DNA of 57,215 bases, filler included, from Sphacelaria rigidula (taxonomy: Eukaryota): the NCBI GenBank assembly GCA_964200075.2. It is 7 parts of 7 records of this genome, joined end to end, with 100 filler letters (N's around TTAATTAATTAA, not from the genome) between each part and the next. Parts side by side here need not be neighbours in the genome. Positions count along the whole stretch, not along the records: positions 8,189 to 16,276 come from CAXNAA020012346.1; positions 16,377 to 24,464 come from CAXNAA020012347.1; positions 24,565 to 32,652 come from CAXNAA020012348.1; 4 more parts are not named here. The stretch is one strand, 5' to 3'. Within the stretch, counting starts at the first letter, position 1. Every line of letters begins with the position of its first letter. Under the pieces are notes generated by a model, which worked only from the letters and a program-made list of their open reading frames with translations, made no database searches and was not told the DNA's origin. Made by a program: the position numbers and the translations under genes. Below, in pieces: positions 13,901 through 24,863 of the stretch.

Positions 13901-15995
13901 AAAAAGGCGGAAGGGACGTCTACAAATGGTATTTTGGGGGAAGAACTGCCAAATCCGGCGTACCTCCAGAACTCCCGCCTAGCGAGTGTACTGCATGGAT
14001 TCGAGGAGAAGCTATTTTGCGCATGCGTCGTACGAGGCGAGAGTACTATCCCCACCCCCCCACCCCCTTTTTTCAAGTTACAGGGCACAGCGCGTATTCC
14101 CAGGTGATGTGCACGGAGAATCCAGGGGGGAACAGTGTTTCTGGCGCGTTTTTCCATTTCTGCACTATTGGTCCAACTTAGTATATGTTAGAGGCAAAAT
14201 ATGTGAAGAACTGATGCCGCGAACCCCGCCTCCCCCCCCCCCCACCCCCCAGAATAGTGGCTGGTTTCAGGAGGCAAAATCTACATGTAAATCAAGACGA
14301 CAAAAGCCGAGCACACCGGGCACTTGATAACCCCCACGCTTGGGATTGTGCTTGCCAGTGTTGCCCACGTGAGGCGCTTCATGCATTCTGCAACCAGCCA
14401 TCGTGCGTTGTATGACCAAATTTTTCGTAAATATATATATATTTTTTTTTGGAGGGGAGCTATCGCGGCATCACTCGAAGTTATACCTTTTTCAGAATAA
14501 AACCCTTTCAAGAGTTTAGGTGTCGTTACGGGTAAGGGTCCAGGCCCTAATTTTCAGTCGCGGTATAGTATCTTAGGCGCAGGCTGTTGCTGAAGTCACA
14601 TCAAAATTGTCCTGCCGCTCACTTACTGTCGAGAATGAAATTAAAACTACGAACAAGCAACTGAAACGTACTGCAGAAACCTTTCCCGTCCTGTTTGCCC
14701 ACCAGTTCACCCAATCGAGCGAAGCCTTCACCCGGGGCTCAACTACGGTGATGTTGCGCCGGCGTTAGGGTCACCTTGACTACCACCACCTGTAAAAACA
14801 AGACACAACGGAGCCAATAAACTCGAGCAAGCGCGTGATTACCAATGCATGGGAATATGTGCGGAGAGAATATCTGAGGATACGCCCTCAACGAACTCCG
14901 ACTCGATTCCACAGACTACAGCGCACAACCTGGTGATGGACGTCAATTCGAAAGCACCCACGCCAGCTATCGGTATTTGTACAAGTCTGAGAGTCATCCT
15001 CCAGTTTTTCCTTCCGAGACGCAATCGTGGATAACTCATGCTGTGCGAAACCCAGAGCAATGTCTTTGCACATGTGGATGGCACTCACTAGAAGCCGGCG
15101 TTCGAGGCCAACAGTGTGCTCATAACCTCAGTGCGCTCTTATTTGGACATGTTTTCAAACTTTATTTATGATTTATCAATTCACGGCAAGCAGTTCACCA
15201 CAGCAGCACTGAACAACATCGGTGCCTACGTGTCTCCGCTACACAGAGTAAGGTGGGTTGTCTCAGTTGGATTCGTGTGAGCGGGGATGTCGTAGCAATG
15301 TGACCGGTGTGTGAGCGTTGAAGATGCGGTCGAAACGATCACAACATGAGAGTAACATAGTGAGAATTGCGACTACGCCACACATTCCTCTAGCTGTCGA
15401 ATTTAGGCTCTGTGGGCCTCGTACTACACTCCTAGTGAAGAAAGAGTCTTGTTGTGTATATGTTGCTTTCTGTATCTCTCCTTCTTCTTTTTTTCTCTTA
15501 TAATTCTGTTTTTTTTTGCTGCTCCTGACCACGGGCTGGATTGTTTCAATTAGCTAATTTGAGATAATCAATCCATCAATCAATGTTGCCCTCGAGGCAA
15601 GCATCATGTCGTTTGTGTACTATTTATTCTCAACGTGGGTTTCGGATTCTGTCGACCAGCCTATTCTCGGTGCTTGAAAAAGCTAGCACAACACTGTACA
15701 GTTAGTGTCGGGATATTGACCGTGTACTAGCCAAGCGAAGTACGCTTCGACGTCCCAGTATCTTGTAAGATTGGCGAAATGCAAAACGAACCGGTTGAGG
15801 GGAACTCACGCGGCAATGCATTGCTGTAAACGGTCCGTCGATTATCTCGATTTGACGCGCGCACGCCTCCGAACGTTTTATTTTATCTAATAGGTTTGAG
15901 CAAGCGACTGAAGCAGCCGTGAAGAACTTAGCGAATCGACAGCTCCCGCTGCAAGAGCTGGCGGACTCCGTCCGAACATGCCTCAACAACATGGT
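10985..15995 (-). pseudogene. Decayed multi-exon SNF2-family helicase (Rad54/ATRX-like)
   Basis: Collinear motif remnants on the minus strand: VVEACSDGVRQLLQREL (Ia-like, about 15940-15990); RRLLVSA (III-like, about 15080-15100); LG...IPIAG...SSDILSAHIP (14850-15020); acceptor then VVVVKVTLTPAQ (14755-14789); HSNKLMSLAMIL (12929-12965, cf. SGKM.lL..iL); GQKI..VFG (11676-11707); exon PIMPTLVEQLGTGVITGDK (11494-11550); IILGYSTVARG/VGI (V-like) and SKLLLF...QPLA-VW (VI-like, 10985-11120). Joining them needs frameshifts and stop read-through. Confidence 0.5.
15440..15584 (+). mobile_element. 3' end of a non-LTR (LINE/SINE-like) element with an (ATCA)n tail
   Basis: A pyrimidine-rich tract, then CTGACCACGGGCTGGATTG...AGCTAAT.TGAGATAATCAATC. 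The same terminus occurs at 34790-34995. Confidence 0.65.
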
Positions 15996-16149
15996 GGGTT
16001 CGCTTCATCCTACGCGGCGTAATCCGCTCATCACCTGTCTTCGCGTGGGTATCCGGCCGTGATGGGTAACTCCCCCTCCCGCCCCCTACATAATTGTATG
16101 AAAGAAACGTAATGAGCACCGAAATGTTGGAGATGGCTCTATTAGGGGT

Positions 16150-16225
16150 AGGGACGGTGCTCCGTCTGGAAGGGATGCGTGGTCAATGGTCAAACGACCA
16201 AGGGAAGCAACAAATGAGTACCCAC

Positions 16226-16263
<38 letters not shown>

Positions 16264-16276
16264 ACCCCCTCCCCCC
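16150..16276 (-). repeat. Copy of the G-tract-bounded 'GGGG-TACTCAT' repeat family, followed by poly(C) at the contig end
   Basis: The reverse complement reads GGGTACTCATTTGTTGCTTCCC...GACCATTGACCACGCATCCCTTCCAGACGGAGCACC, matching 38250-38330. Confidence 0.75.
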
Positions 16277-16376
16277 NNNNNNNNNNNNNNNNNNNNNNNN
16301 NNNNNNNNNNNNNNNNNNNNTTAATTAATTAANNNNNNNNNNNNNNNNNNNNNNNNNNNNNNNNNNNNNNNNNNNN
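16277..16376. other. Artificial contig-joining spacer
   Basis: N44-TTAATTAATTAA-N44. Confidence 0.98.
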
Positions 16377-16612
16377 GACTATGTCGTGGTTACACGAAAT
16401 TCGACTTCACGGTCGACGAGAGAAAGGGACTCCTGAACCCCTCTCGCGATAAAAAATAAAAAGTCAAGCACCGCAGAAGGAAGGTGGGGTACTAAAAAAA
16501 AAAAACTCCTGTGTTAACCTTCCTCCTGTGTGACCCCGGCTGATGCGCCCACATCGTCCCGAAAGGGGTAGACTGGCGCCCAGAACAAATGGAACGACAA
16601 CACACAAAAAAA
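16377..16612 (+). mobile_element. tRNA-derived SINE, 3' part (head lost at the contig start)
   Basis: ATTCGACTTCACGGTCGACGAG...AAACTCCTGTGTT..CCTTCCTCCTGTGTGACCC...GACAACACACA matches 44846-45073. Confidence 0.85.
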
Positions 16613-17486
16613 CACAGTAACTAGTATACTGTCTGTCCTGTTGAAGGCTTCTCTTTTCGTCTGTGTTCTGTATTACGCCTAGATACTAGTATTGTACGGC
16701 GATGCTGCGATGACGGGGCGATATAAACCGATGCGCTCCAAGTCCATCCTATGAAGGGATGGGTGCTGGGGCTAGTTTCGTTATGAGCGTTGGATGTTAT
16801 GCGATGCCTTTGTCCAGATGTGTGGGTATCCGGCCTCGTGGGCAACACCTTTGCCAGTTGGAGAACCAGTGATTCGGTATCATGCATGTGCTACAGACAG
16901 TACAGTTGTACAAGAGTTCGCGTTATGATTCACGGCAGTTCCGCGCACAAAAGTTCCATGTCGCAGCTTAAAAACTTGTTTCACCTGGTGCGTTGCGCCA
17001 AGGGGTGTGTATGGTTGGAGTCAGAGAGAGTTAGCACTTCGACATTTTTTTCGCACTCCGTAGAAGCTGTGAAGCCATCCCCCGCCTTCAGTAAGTACTA
17101 TTATATTGTGCAAAAGTACAGTGGTGTGAGTAGTACAGTACATCACACCACGGCAAATCAAAAAGCGAACAACATTGCACAGCAATTGTGTAGTTCGCAT
17201 AAGATCATGTCTCGCGGGGTCTAGGCCACGTCTCACTGAGTTATCGTGGAGGAATTTAGCTCCTTGCACACAACTTTTGTGAGACTCTTCAGGCATGTCT
17301 TCGCCCATCATTTTTTGATCGAAAAAGTGCGGCGGAAATAAAGAAATCCCGATCTGCTAGGTCGTGATTTCAACCATCTCTAAAACGACGATGGTTGAAA
17401 TTACGATCTATGAGATCATGATTTTTGTGTTTCACCGCACAATTTGGATTGAAAACTAATGTGCTGAGACACACCTTGAGACACGG

Positions 17487-17945
17487 CCTTATAGCAAACA
17501 AGAATAAACTCATGTAAAAATTTTTTTTGGCTCTTCTTCGTCGTTTTACTCCCTGAAAGAAAGCTATAATAGGCGGCGTTCAACACCTTGGAATGACTTG
17601 CTCTACTCGTTGAGACGGTTCGGGGACATCTTCGCGTTTCCCGGTGGCCGCAGTTGTTATTCTGGCCAAACAAAATCATGTTTGTCCGCAGACGGCCAAG
17701 TCCAGAGAAAAATTATATTTTTTCTAGGTTTGACCATTTTCAATCGTTCTTGAACAAAAATGCTTTTTTGGCCAAAGCAAAACTGCGGACACCGGAAAAC
17801 GCGAGCATGTCCTCGAACCGTTTCAACGAGTAGATCAAGTCATTCCAAGGTGTCGAGCTCCCCCTAGCTCTCTTCTGGGGCGTACAACGACGAAGAAGGA
17901 CCAGAAAAGTATTTTTACAGGGGTTTATTTTTGTTTGCCGTAAGG
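17487..17945. mobile_element. Foldback/MITE-like element with inverted arms of about 200 bp
   Basis: Left CCTTATAGCAAACAAGAATAAACTCATGTAAAAA...CACCTTGGAATGACTTGCTCTACTCGTTGA pairs with right TCAACGAGTAGATCAAGTCATTCCAAGGTG...TTTTTACAGGGGTTTATTTTTGTTTGCCGTAAGG. No TSD resolved. Confidence 0.8.
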
Positions 17946-18662
17946 AGCGGATTTACTTGCAGCACATGGATCCTGCAGCGTCCTCCCCCACGTTGGGTCG
18001 TTGTAGTCTGGCCAGAGCTGTCAGCGGCGAGCTCGTTCAGCAATTTGTCATTTCCGAATGCTTCTCGAAAACAACGTCCCACAAGAAACGAAATTGACTG
18101 AAATATATTCAAAAACGACCAGAGGTTTGTTCAAGCTGATGTTTTTCGTATTAAGAACAAGAAGCGACGTAAACTGCGTCGGGCGGGCGCACACAAAAAA
18201 CGGCGGCACACAGGGGGATTTGCCAACAATCACCGTTCTGCTGTGGGCTACGGCTACAAACCGCAATTTTGCCCATCAAGGTGTATAGTAACAAAGATGC
18301 TTTGAAAGATGTTCGAGGGTCGGACAAATGATTCGTCTGGAAATTACTTGATTTTAGTATAATTGATTCGAATCGTACGAATCAATCCCTAGGCACGCAG
18401 CCCAGACACGTGGAATGACGCAAAAGTTGCGTGGATACCCCTTGGACCAGCGGCCAACTTTTTTCTTCCTTTTGGGCAATCAGGCCGAAGAAATCGTGTT
18501 GGTGATTCGTAGTCATGATGATTCGTCCTGACCGTGAAGACGTTTCAGCTCCCCCAAGTACGTGTACGACCTACGTTGACCCATAGATGTTAGATCCTAT
18601 GTCGACCATAACCGCACGGTTGAGCGCTTGAAAATATTCCTCATGTCCCCGTCTCCCCGCAG

Positions 18663-20254
18663 GCGAGCTATCCTTCCAAGAATGGCTAGAGCTGGAAAAT
18701 CCTCGCAGCGTGTACAGTCGACTGGTCAAAGCGGCGCGCCCAGCAAGATCGGGGTACAAGATTTTCCAGGCGGCTCGCCAATGGACGGGGGACTCGTCCG
18801 TGCTGTCCGAGGTGCTCATGATGGGGTTGGGTGAGTACGTCAAACTGGGAGAATTGGTCAGCGCTGTGGAAAGCGTTATCAGCTCCTATGACGACGAAGA
18901 TGAGGGCGGCCTTTTTGCGGAAACTCAGGATTTCGGGAAATTTGCTGGGAGACTGGCGAAGGAGTTGATACGAAGGGACCGTGAGGGGGCGGCTCTTCTG
19001 ATAGCCGACGGACAGTCCACGTACGAAAAATTCGTGGAGTGCGATGCTGACGGAAATGGAATAATATCCAAACAGGAGTTTACGGCTTTTGTGGGCGATC
19101 TGGGCATGTCGATCGACGAGTCTCTGCTGCTTTTTACCGGCGTTGATGCGGATGGAGATGGTGAGTTTATTCCAACCCTCAGACGGCGAGCCTCGTCTCG
19201 GAACATTTCCTCCGCCTGACAGTCCAAATACACGCGGGGGTTTTCAGGGGGTGGAAGAAGATAGTCTAGCGCACGGGGGAGGTGCTTGTTGCCAGATTAC
19301 CCGAAAATCCTCCAAAGTCAACCATGCGTACTTGTAAGTTTTGAAAGAAAAGTTCAAGGTCGGGCACCGAGCTCGAAGGGAGGAACGTGACCATTTCGAT
19401 TTCTCCGATCGGCCAGTTTCTTCATTTTCTTCACCTGCAGATTGTCGACCTCGCCCCCTAGTCCTGTTCGACCATTGAAGTGCAGACCACTCACCCACCG
19501 AAGAACAAAGAAAAGGGAAGTGTTGCTTGTTGAGTAGTCTCTGCAACCTTGGCTGTGTGTTCTCGAGTAGCTAGACATAACACTGTACCGCACCTCAAAT
19601 ACTTTGCACGCAGGACAACCACAGTCACTTCGTACTCTGCTGTCTGCAGTTGACGGCAATGACACACCAAATGCTCATGTTTTTGTTGTTTCTGTTGTTG
19701 TTAGTGGTGTCGTTGTTTTTGTTTCTTGAGTCGTTGATGAGAAAAAAGTAAACTGTACAAGTATGTCTGAGTGTCTATGAGAACCGCTTGATGCCTTTCA
19801 TCGTCTCTTTCAAACGTATTTCCTCTTTTTTTTCGATCAACCTCAAGCTGGTGTTCACGCTTCTCCTTATATACTTTTGTAGGTATCCATCCCATCATGC
19901 CAGTATTTCCTGTGCTGCTTGACGACTTCACGCAAGCATTTCACGGGAAATATCTTCTACTGGCTTCACAACTGCCCACCTGGTTCCTATTGCTTTTGTC
20001 CCTCGTATGTTTGCGCAGGCGCCATTTCGTTCGATGAGTGGCTTGAGTTCATGGAGTCGCCCTCAGGTCGCGACCACCACAGCTTCAACTGCGCAGGCCA
20101 GCACGGATTGAAAGAGTACTCCGTGTTGGGTGACATCGGCTGCGATTGGTGTGGGGCGGTCATTGCCTCGGGAAGCACCGCGTTCGGCTGCAGATTGTGT
20201 GACTGTGACGCGTGTGCAGACTGTGCTGCGTCACACGTGGGCAAGGAGGAGTGA
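18663..20254 (+). CDS. Last two exons (18663-19160, 20019-20254) of an EF-hand calcium-binding protein with a C-terminal ZZ/C1-like Cys-rich zinc finger; 5' exons not found
   Basis: Canonical CAG acceptors and a G|GTGAGT donor with matching phase 1. EF loops are DADGNGIISKQE and DADGDG|AISFDE, the second completed only by splicing. The C-terminus reads CAGQHGL...CDWC...GCRLCDCDACADC, with TGA ending at 20254. Confidence 0.88.
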
Positions 20255-22626
20255 TGACTTCGAGACGATCTTCAAAATATTTTTGGGTTTTCGAAAAACT
20301 CACCGGGGCATGGACGTTTTTGTCGTCATCACTGCTACTGAGCACGCCAGGTGTGTCGTCTTCAACACACACACATTTGCAAGGTCACTACAGCGACACA
20401 ATGTTCGTGGTCTCCAGTTCCGTTGTTGTCGAAATTGTAGTGCTGGGATGAAAGCTGCACCCCAGCGGGTTCTGTGAGGGGTTCGCGGTATGATATGTTT
20501 TACCCTCGACGCAGGAGTGAGACATCGCGGGTGATAGGTGTTGCGAGTATCAATATTTTCAACCTATGAGACGATCACATCGCTTACGATCACACTGCTA
20601 AAATCTGGAATGTGTGTGCTCGGGAAGATACGGTTCGGACACCATGATGCGCGGGTTCCCTCGGGAGCACAAGCGCTTGTTTCTCGAGAAGATTCAGGCT
20701 GAAAAAGTGGCGTATGTCACAGCTCGTCCGCTGTACTGTACTTACTCTGTCACCGACGGCACTAATTGGGAAGTGATAACAATAGCTGCAGAGTCGAAAT
20801 GCTTTGCGTGAGCTGGACGTCGACTGGATCTAAAAAATGTACGCAGTAGTAGCTGTAAGTTTGGGAATTCCTGCATAGGTGACCATGATTCGCTGGCCTC
20901 TATGTTCGTCAGAGCAGCGACTTTCGGCACCGTGCGGTTTTGCTTCCCCCCCTTGTGTGCAGGTTTTCTCAAGTGAATGTTCTGGCTTATAGAAGCTCGT
21001 TGGGGTCGTCATTCTCCACTCCAGACGTGAAGTGCCCAAGAGCAGGGATTGAATCTACGTGCTGTAGGCATTTTCGAACCGAAACGTATCAACCTGGAAA
21101 ATTGAAGGATGACGGACTCTTCGGTTCTCGTTGCGGGCTTTTGTGTTGCGGTGATGCAGAGGTGCATCTTCTCTGGCTTGGTTCATATCATCCATGGCAC
21201 GAACAACCAGATTTGTGGTGGTAGTGAGGCCACGTGGGCAGGGGATCATACCTCGCAGCATGCTGTCGTACATGCGCGGGTGTCTTACTTTGTACTACAC
21301 AAGGCGTTTTCGCGCACTGCTCAACTAGTGCATTACAGACGATGTATTCATATTTAGAGGGGGAACAGCTACGCCCACTGCTTGTAGCATCGTAGAGCCT
21401 GCTTCTACAGAAATAGTCTGGTATACAAATTGAGTGTTTGGTGCTTGAGAGGTTTTGTGTATTGGCATGTGTGCTGTTTGGAATGTGCACAAGTGTCGGT
21501 ATGTTTCTCTCCCTCTCTTGTGTGTGTGTGTGTGTGTTATCTTGGGGCAGTGTGTAGTACTGCTGGGCTCTTCCGTATTTTTTCCGTGAGGATGATGTGT
21601 TTCGTTCGACAGCACAAACTGCACCACGCCCTCTGAGCACATTCAAGAAACTCTCGCCGTACTGCACACCGTAGCATTACTTGTACCAGGTCTCTTTGTG
21701 TGCGTTAATGGGTTGGCGGGTGTGGTACCTGGGGACGATATATGTAATACATGGGACTAAGGCATTTTGTGTAGGGTTAGTGTATCATACCAACAAGGGC
21801 TAATGCCAAGGTTTCGAAGGCAACAGCGTACTACCTCATCGCCAAGGCTACGTGTTCAACTGCCAGGGTTGCTTTCCAAACTGGTAGGGGGGTACTGATG
21901 ATTCTGCATGCCGTAGTCATATGAATACAGATAGGGGGGAGGGGCGGCGTCCGCACGGATCTCACTCAGAAGAATCGGTCTCAGAGTCGAAGCAACGGAC
22001 AGTATACATCAAAATAGATTTACTGTATCCTGATTCCGTCTATTCCGGGGCTAACGAGTGAGTGGCAGCGTTCCAAACTACGCTTCATGAAGGCATCATA
22101 GTATTCCAGTCTCTGCAGGGACGGGTCTCTTCATGCTTCAGGTTGAGCGGTCGTGAACGAGAAATGATCTCCGATCAGTCATTATTCAATTATACTATAG
22201 GCGAGCAACAACACACGAAAGCACCACGAAAACGAAGACCATTGGTCGCTTGACAACCCGAATGTTAGTTTACAATGCAACGCAGTACAGCTATGGGCGC
22301 GCCTGATCCCCCAAAATGGGCAGAAAAAGTGTCACCGACCAAAAGTACGAACAGATACGAACATACCGACTTCTGGGGCTTATCCAGGCTCGTGGGGTAA
22401 AATATGCCTTACGTCATCGGAAGAGAACGGCATGGATTCAAAATTCATATCGAGAAAGAGTGTACTGCATTCAAAAATCAGAACCCTATATCGCTATTTC
22501 CGTTGTTGTTCCTCATATATTACATGCCTCTGGGTCGCTTTTCGTCCGCGCTGGCGATACCCTTGCATCCAAGGAGGCTGGTTGAATTGAACAAACCCAG
22601 CGCACACCGAGAACACTTGCGCAAGG

Positions 22627-23070
22627 AACACGGGATCTGACAAGTTGGGGATGGATCATTTATTGGCGATGAGAAGCCCGGATGATTAAAATCTTCGTAT
22701 CCGCACCAAATATTCGAAATATGGTCCCATTTCTTCACCTACTGATGGCTGTTGTCAACTGCTACACGCCATAGGAATTTGGATTTCGATCACCGAAATG
22801 TTGGGGCCCTAGGTGAAAAACCCATTTCGGAACCATTTTGGCGTCCGCTCGGACACCCGGAATTCCACAAAACTGTTTTTTCACCTAGGATCCCAACATT
22901 TCGGTGATCGAAATCCAAATTCCTATGGCGTGTAGCAGTTGTCAATAACTATCAGTAGGTGAAGAAATGGAACCATGTTTCGAATAGTTGGTGCGGATAC
23001 GAAGATTTTAATCCTCCGGGTTTCTCATCCCCAATAAATGATCCATCCCCAATTTATAAGATTCCGTGTT
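22627..23070. mobile_element. Foldback MITE (444 bp) with inverted arms of about 195 bp and a candidate 3-bp TSD
   Basis: Termini AACACGGGATCT... and ...AGATTCCGTGTT. The inner arms pair over long stretches (GCTACACGCCATAGGAATTTGGATTTCGATCACCGAAATGTTGGG with its reverse complement). AGG lies on both flanks (22624-22626, 23071-23073). Confidence 0.88.
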
Positions 23071-23581
23071 AGGGGCGGTACAGGTACATACATTCTCTCC
23101 ACAAAGTGAGGCCTTGGTAGACCCCAAATTGGCGCCTGTGGCACCGATTTCAACGAAAACGCGTTGTGCGCAGCCGAGGAGCACACGGGACCGTCAGCCC
23201 TACTAAAATTCCGATTCTCGTTGTACGCTCTCAAATCAAGTAATATCAACCATGAACATTTGTAGCCCAACGCCGGTGAGTGAAACCTGGGAGCTGAAGC
23301 ATTTTTTTGAGATGCGGATCAAAGTTGGATCAACATGATGTGCTCAACATGCGACAAAGCCATATGTACTGATGAACTTCAACGAGGACGATCCTTACAC
23401 AGACGAGTGGAGTACAAACAGTCACCGGGTGTGTAATATGGGCTGGGCGAATGTTGGCCCACCACCTCGTCATGGTTTGAGGAGCTTGATTTATCGGCTG
23501 CCACGATTCCACAGCTTTTGTCCGACAAATGACTCGCGTTGTGCAAGTGTATTTGTTGTTTCGTGAGGATGTGTCTTATTA

Positions 23582-24398
23582 GGTCGGATGTTATGGCAAC
23601 AGATCTTCGGCCCCGGATCTTCAAAATTCGTGTGACACCTATGTTATGGGTACAGATTTATCGAAATTTTGGGTGAAAAAATCCGTGGCCAAGATTCGGG
23701 GCCCGAGTCCCACAGAATTTTGGGCAAACTGGCGGGGGTTGGCAAGCACAGATTTTTGCACACGGATTTTTGCGTTTTGGCCGGCAGACCGTCATAATGG
23801 GGTCACGCCGCGTTCTTCTTGGATGCGCCGGCGTGCTGGCTGCACCTTTGTGAGTGATCCTGTCGACAACAACCAATAACACACGAAGTAAACCACATGC
23901 CGCAGCCGACACGCCATGAAGCTCGCTTCGCGCGTACGAGACAAAAAACGACACGTCTTGCTCGTCGGTCTCCCGGCGAAGCATTGCAGAGACGATGAGA
24001 GAGTAGACATGTGATGCGCACTGTCGCTGTCTGGCGAGTAGTTCTGCGATCCTTCGATGAAGGATTCAACTTTAGCAAGAACGAAGGGGGCATGGTCGCT
24101 TACTTATGTGCTAAGAACCGGCACTGCTGTTAGTGGGGTGGTGATGACCTCCCTGCGGCAGTGACGCTACATTACTACAGCACGCCACATCACACGAGAC
24201 ATCTACGGGACTGTGAACTGTTGAAACACGCCAAACATAAAACTCGAAACCCTGGTGAAGGTATACAAATCAGAACAGTATGGTATGAAAATCTGTGTGC
24301 TGCCATAATATCGTTACCGAAACCAAATTTGCTGTGGATTTGTTTCACCAGGATTCCTAAATCTGTTGCTCAAAGATCTGTTGCCATAACATCCGGCC
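23582..24398. mobile_element. Non-autonomous PIF/Harbinger-like TIR element
   Basis: TIRs GGTCGGATGTTATGGCAACAGATCTT and AAGATCTGTTGCCATAACATCCGGCC, flanked by TTA and TAA (TWA-type target). Confidence 0.7.
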
Positions 24399-24464
24399 TA
24401 AGGCCCACTTTTATGGCAAACGAATCCCGATTTTTTTGGACCCTGATTTTGAAAAATCGGGGGG

Positions 24465-24564
24465 NNNNNNNNNNNNNNNNNNNNNNNNNNNNNNNNNNNN
24501 NNNNNNNNTTAATTAATTAANNNNNNNNNNNNNNNNNNNNNNNNNNNNNNNNNNNNNNNNNNNN
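24465..24564. other. Artificial contig-joining spacer
   Basis: N44-TTAATTAATTAA-N44. Confidence 0.98.
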
Positions 24565-24863
24565 ATGGGTGTCTCACCATGTAAACACTACGCAGTATGA
24601 TCATCCCCGTTGTGCGGAGTTGAGGTTCTCCCACGCCGCACAACATGACCTGGCTAGACTTCCATCATGGTTACCGCAAAAAAACGCAAGCGCGCGCAAA
24701 AAAATCGGTAACCTGGTTGCCTAGCTTACGCAGTGAATGGCGTGTTTTACAGCGTCATCGCCAACCGACGCCAACTCCATCGGGGGTCCGCCTCTACAAA
24801 GCCAGGACGGAGCATGCCGGGTTCTCGCCGGACCAGGCTTCCAAGCCCAAAAGGCGGGGGGGG
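24565..24863 (+). repeat. Distal segment plus a partial proximal segment of the G-tract repeat family
   Basis: 24565-24776 matches 35895-36105. 24794-24839 (CTACAAAGCCAGGACGGAGCATGCCGGGTTCTCGCCGGACCAGGCT) matches about 54939-54984. Confidence 0.8.

Noticed and set aside
19883..19982. An extra exon inside the EF-hand gene intron
   Set aside because: Its inclusion would interrupt the EF loop that the direct 19160-20019 splice completes.
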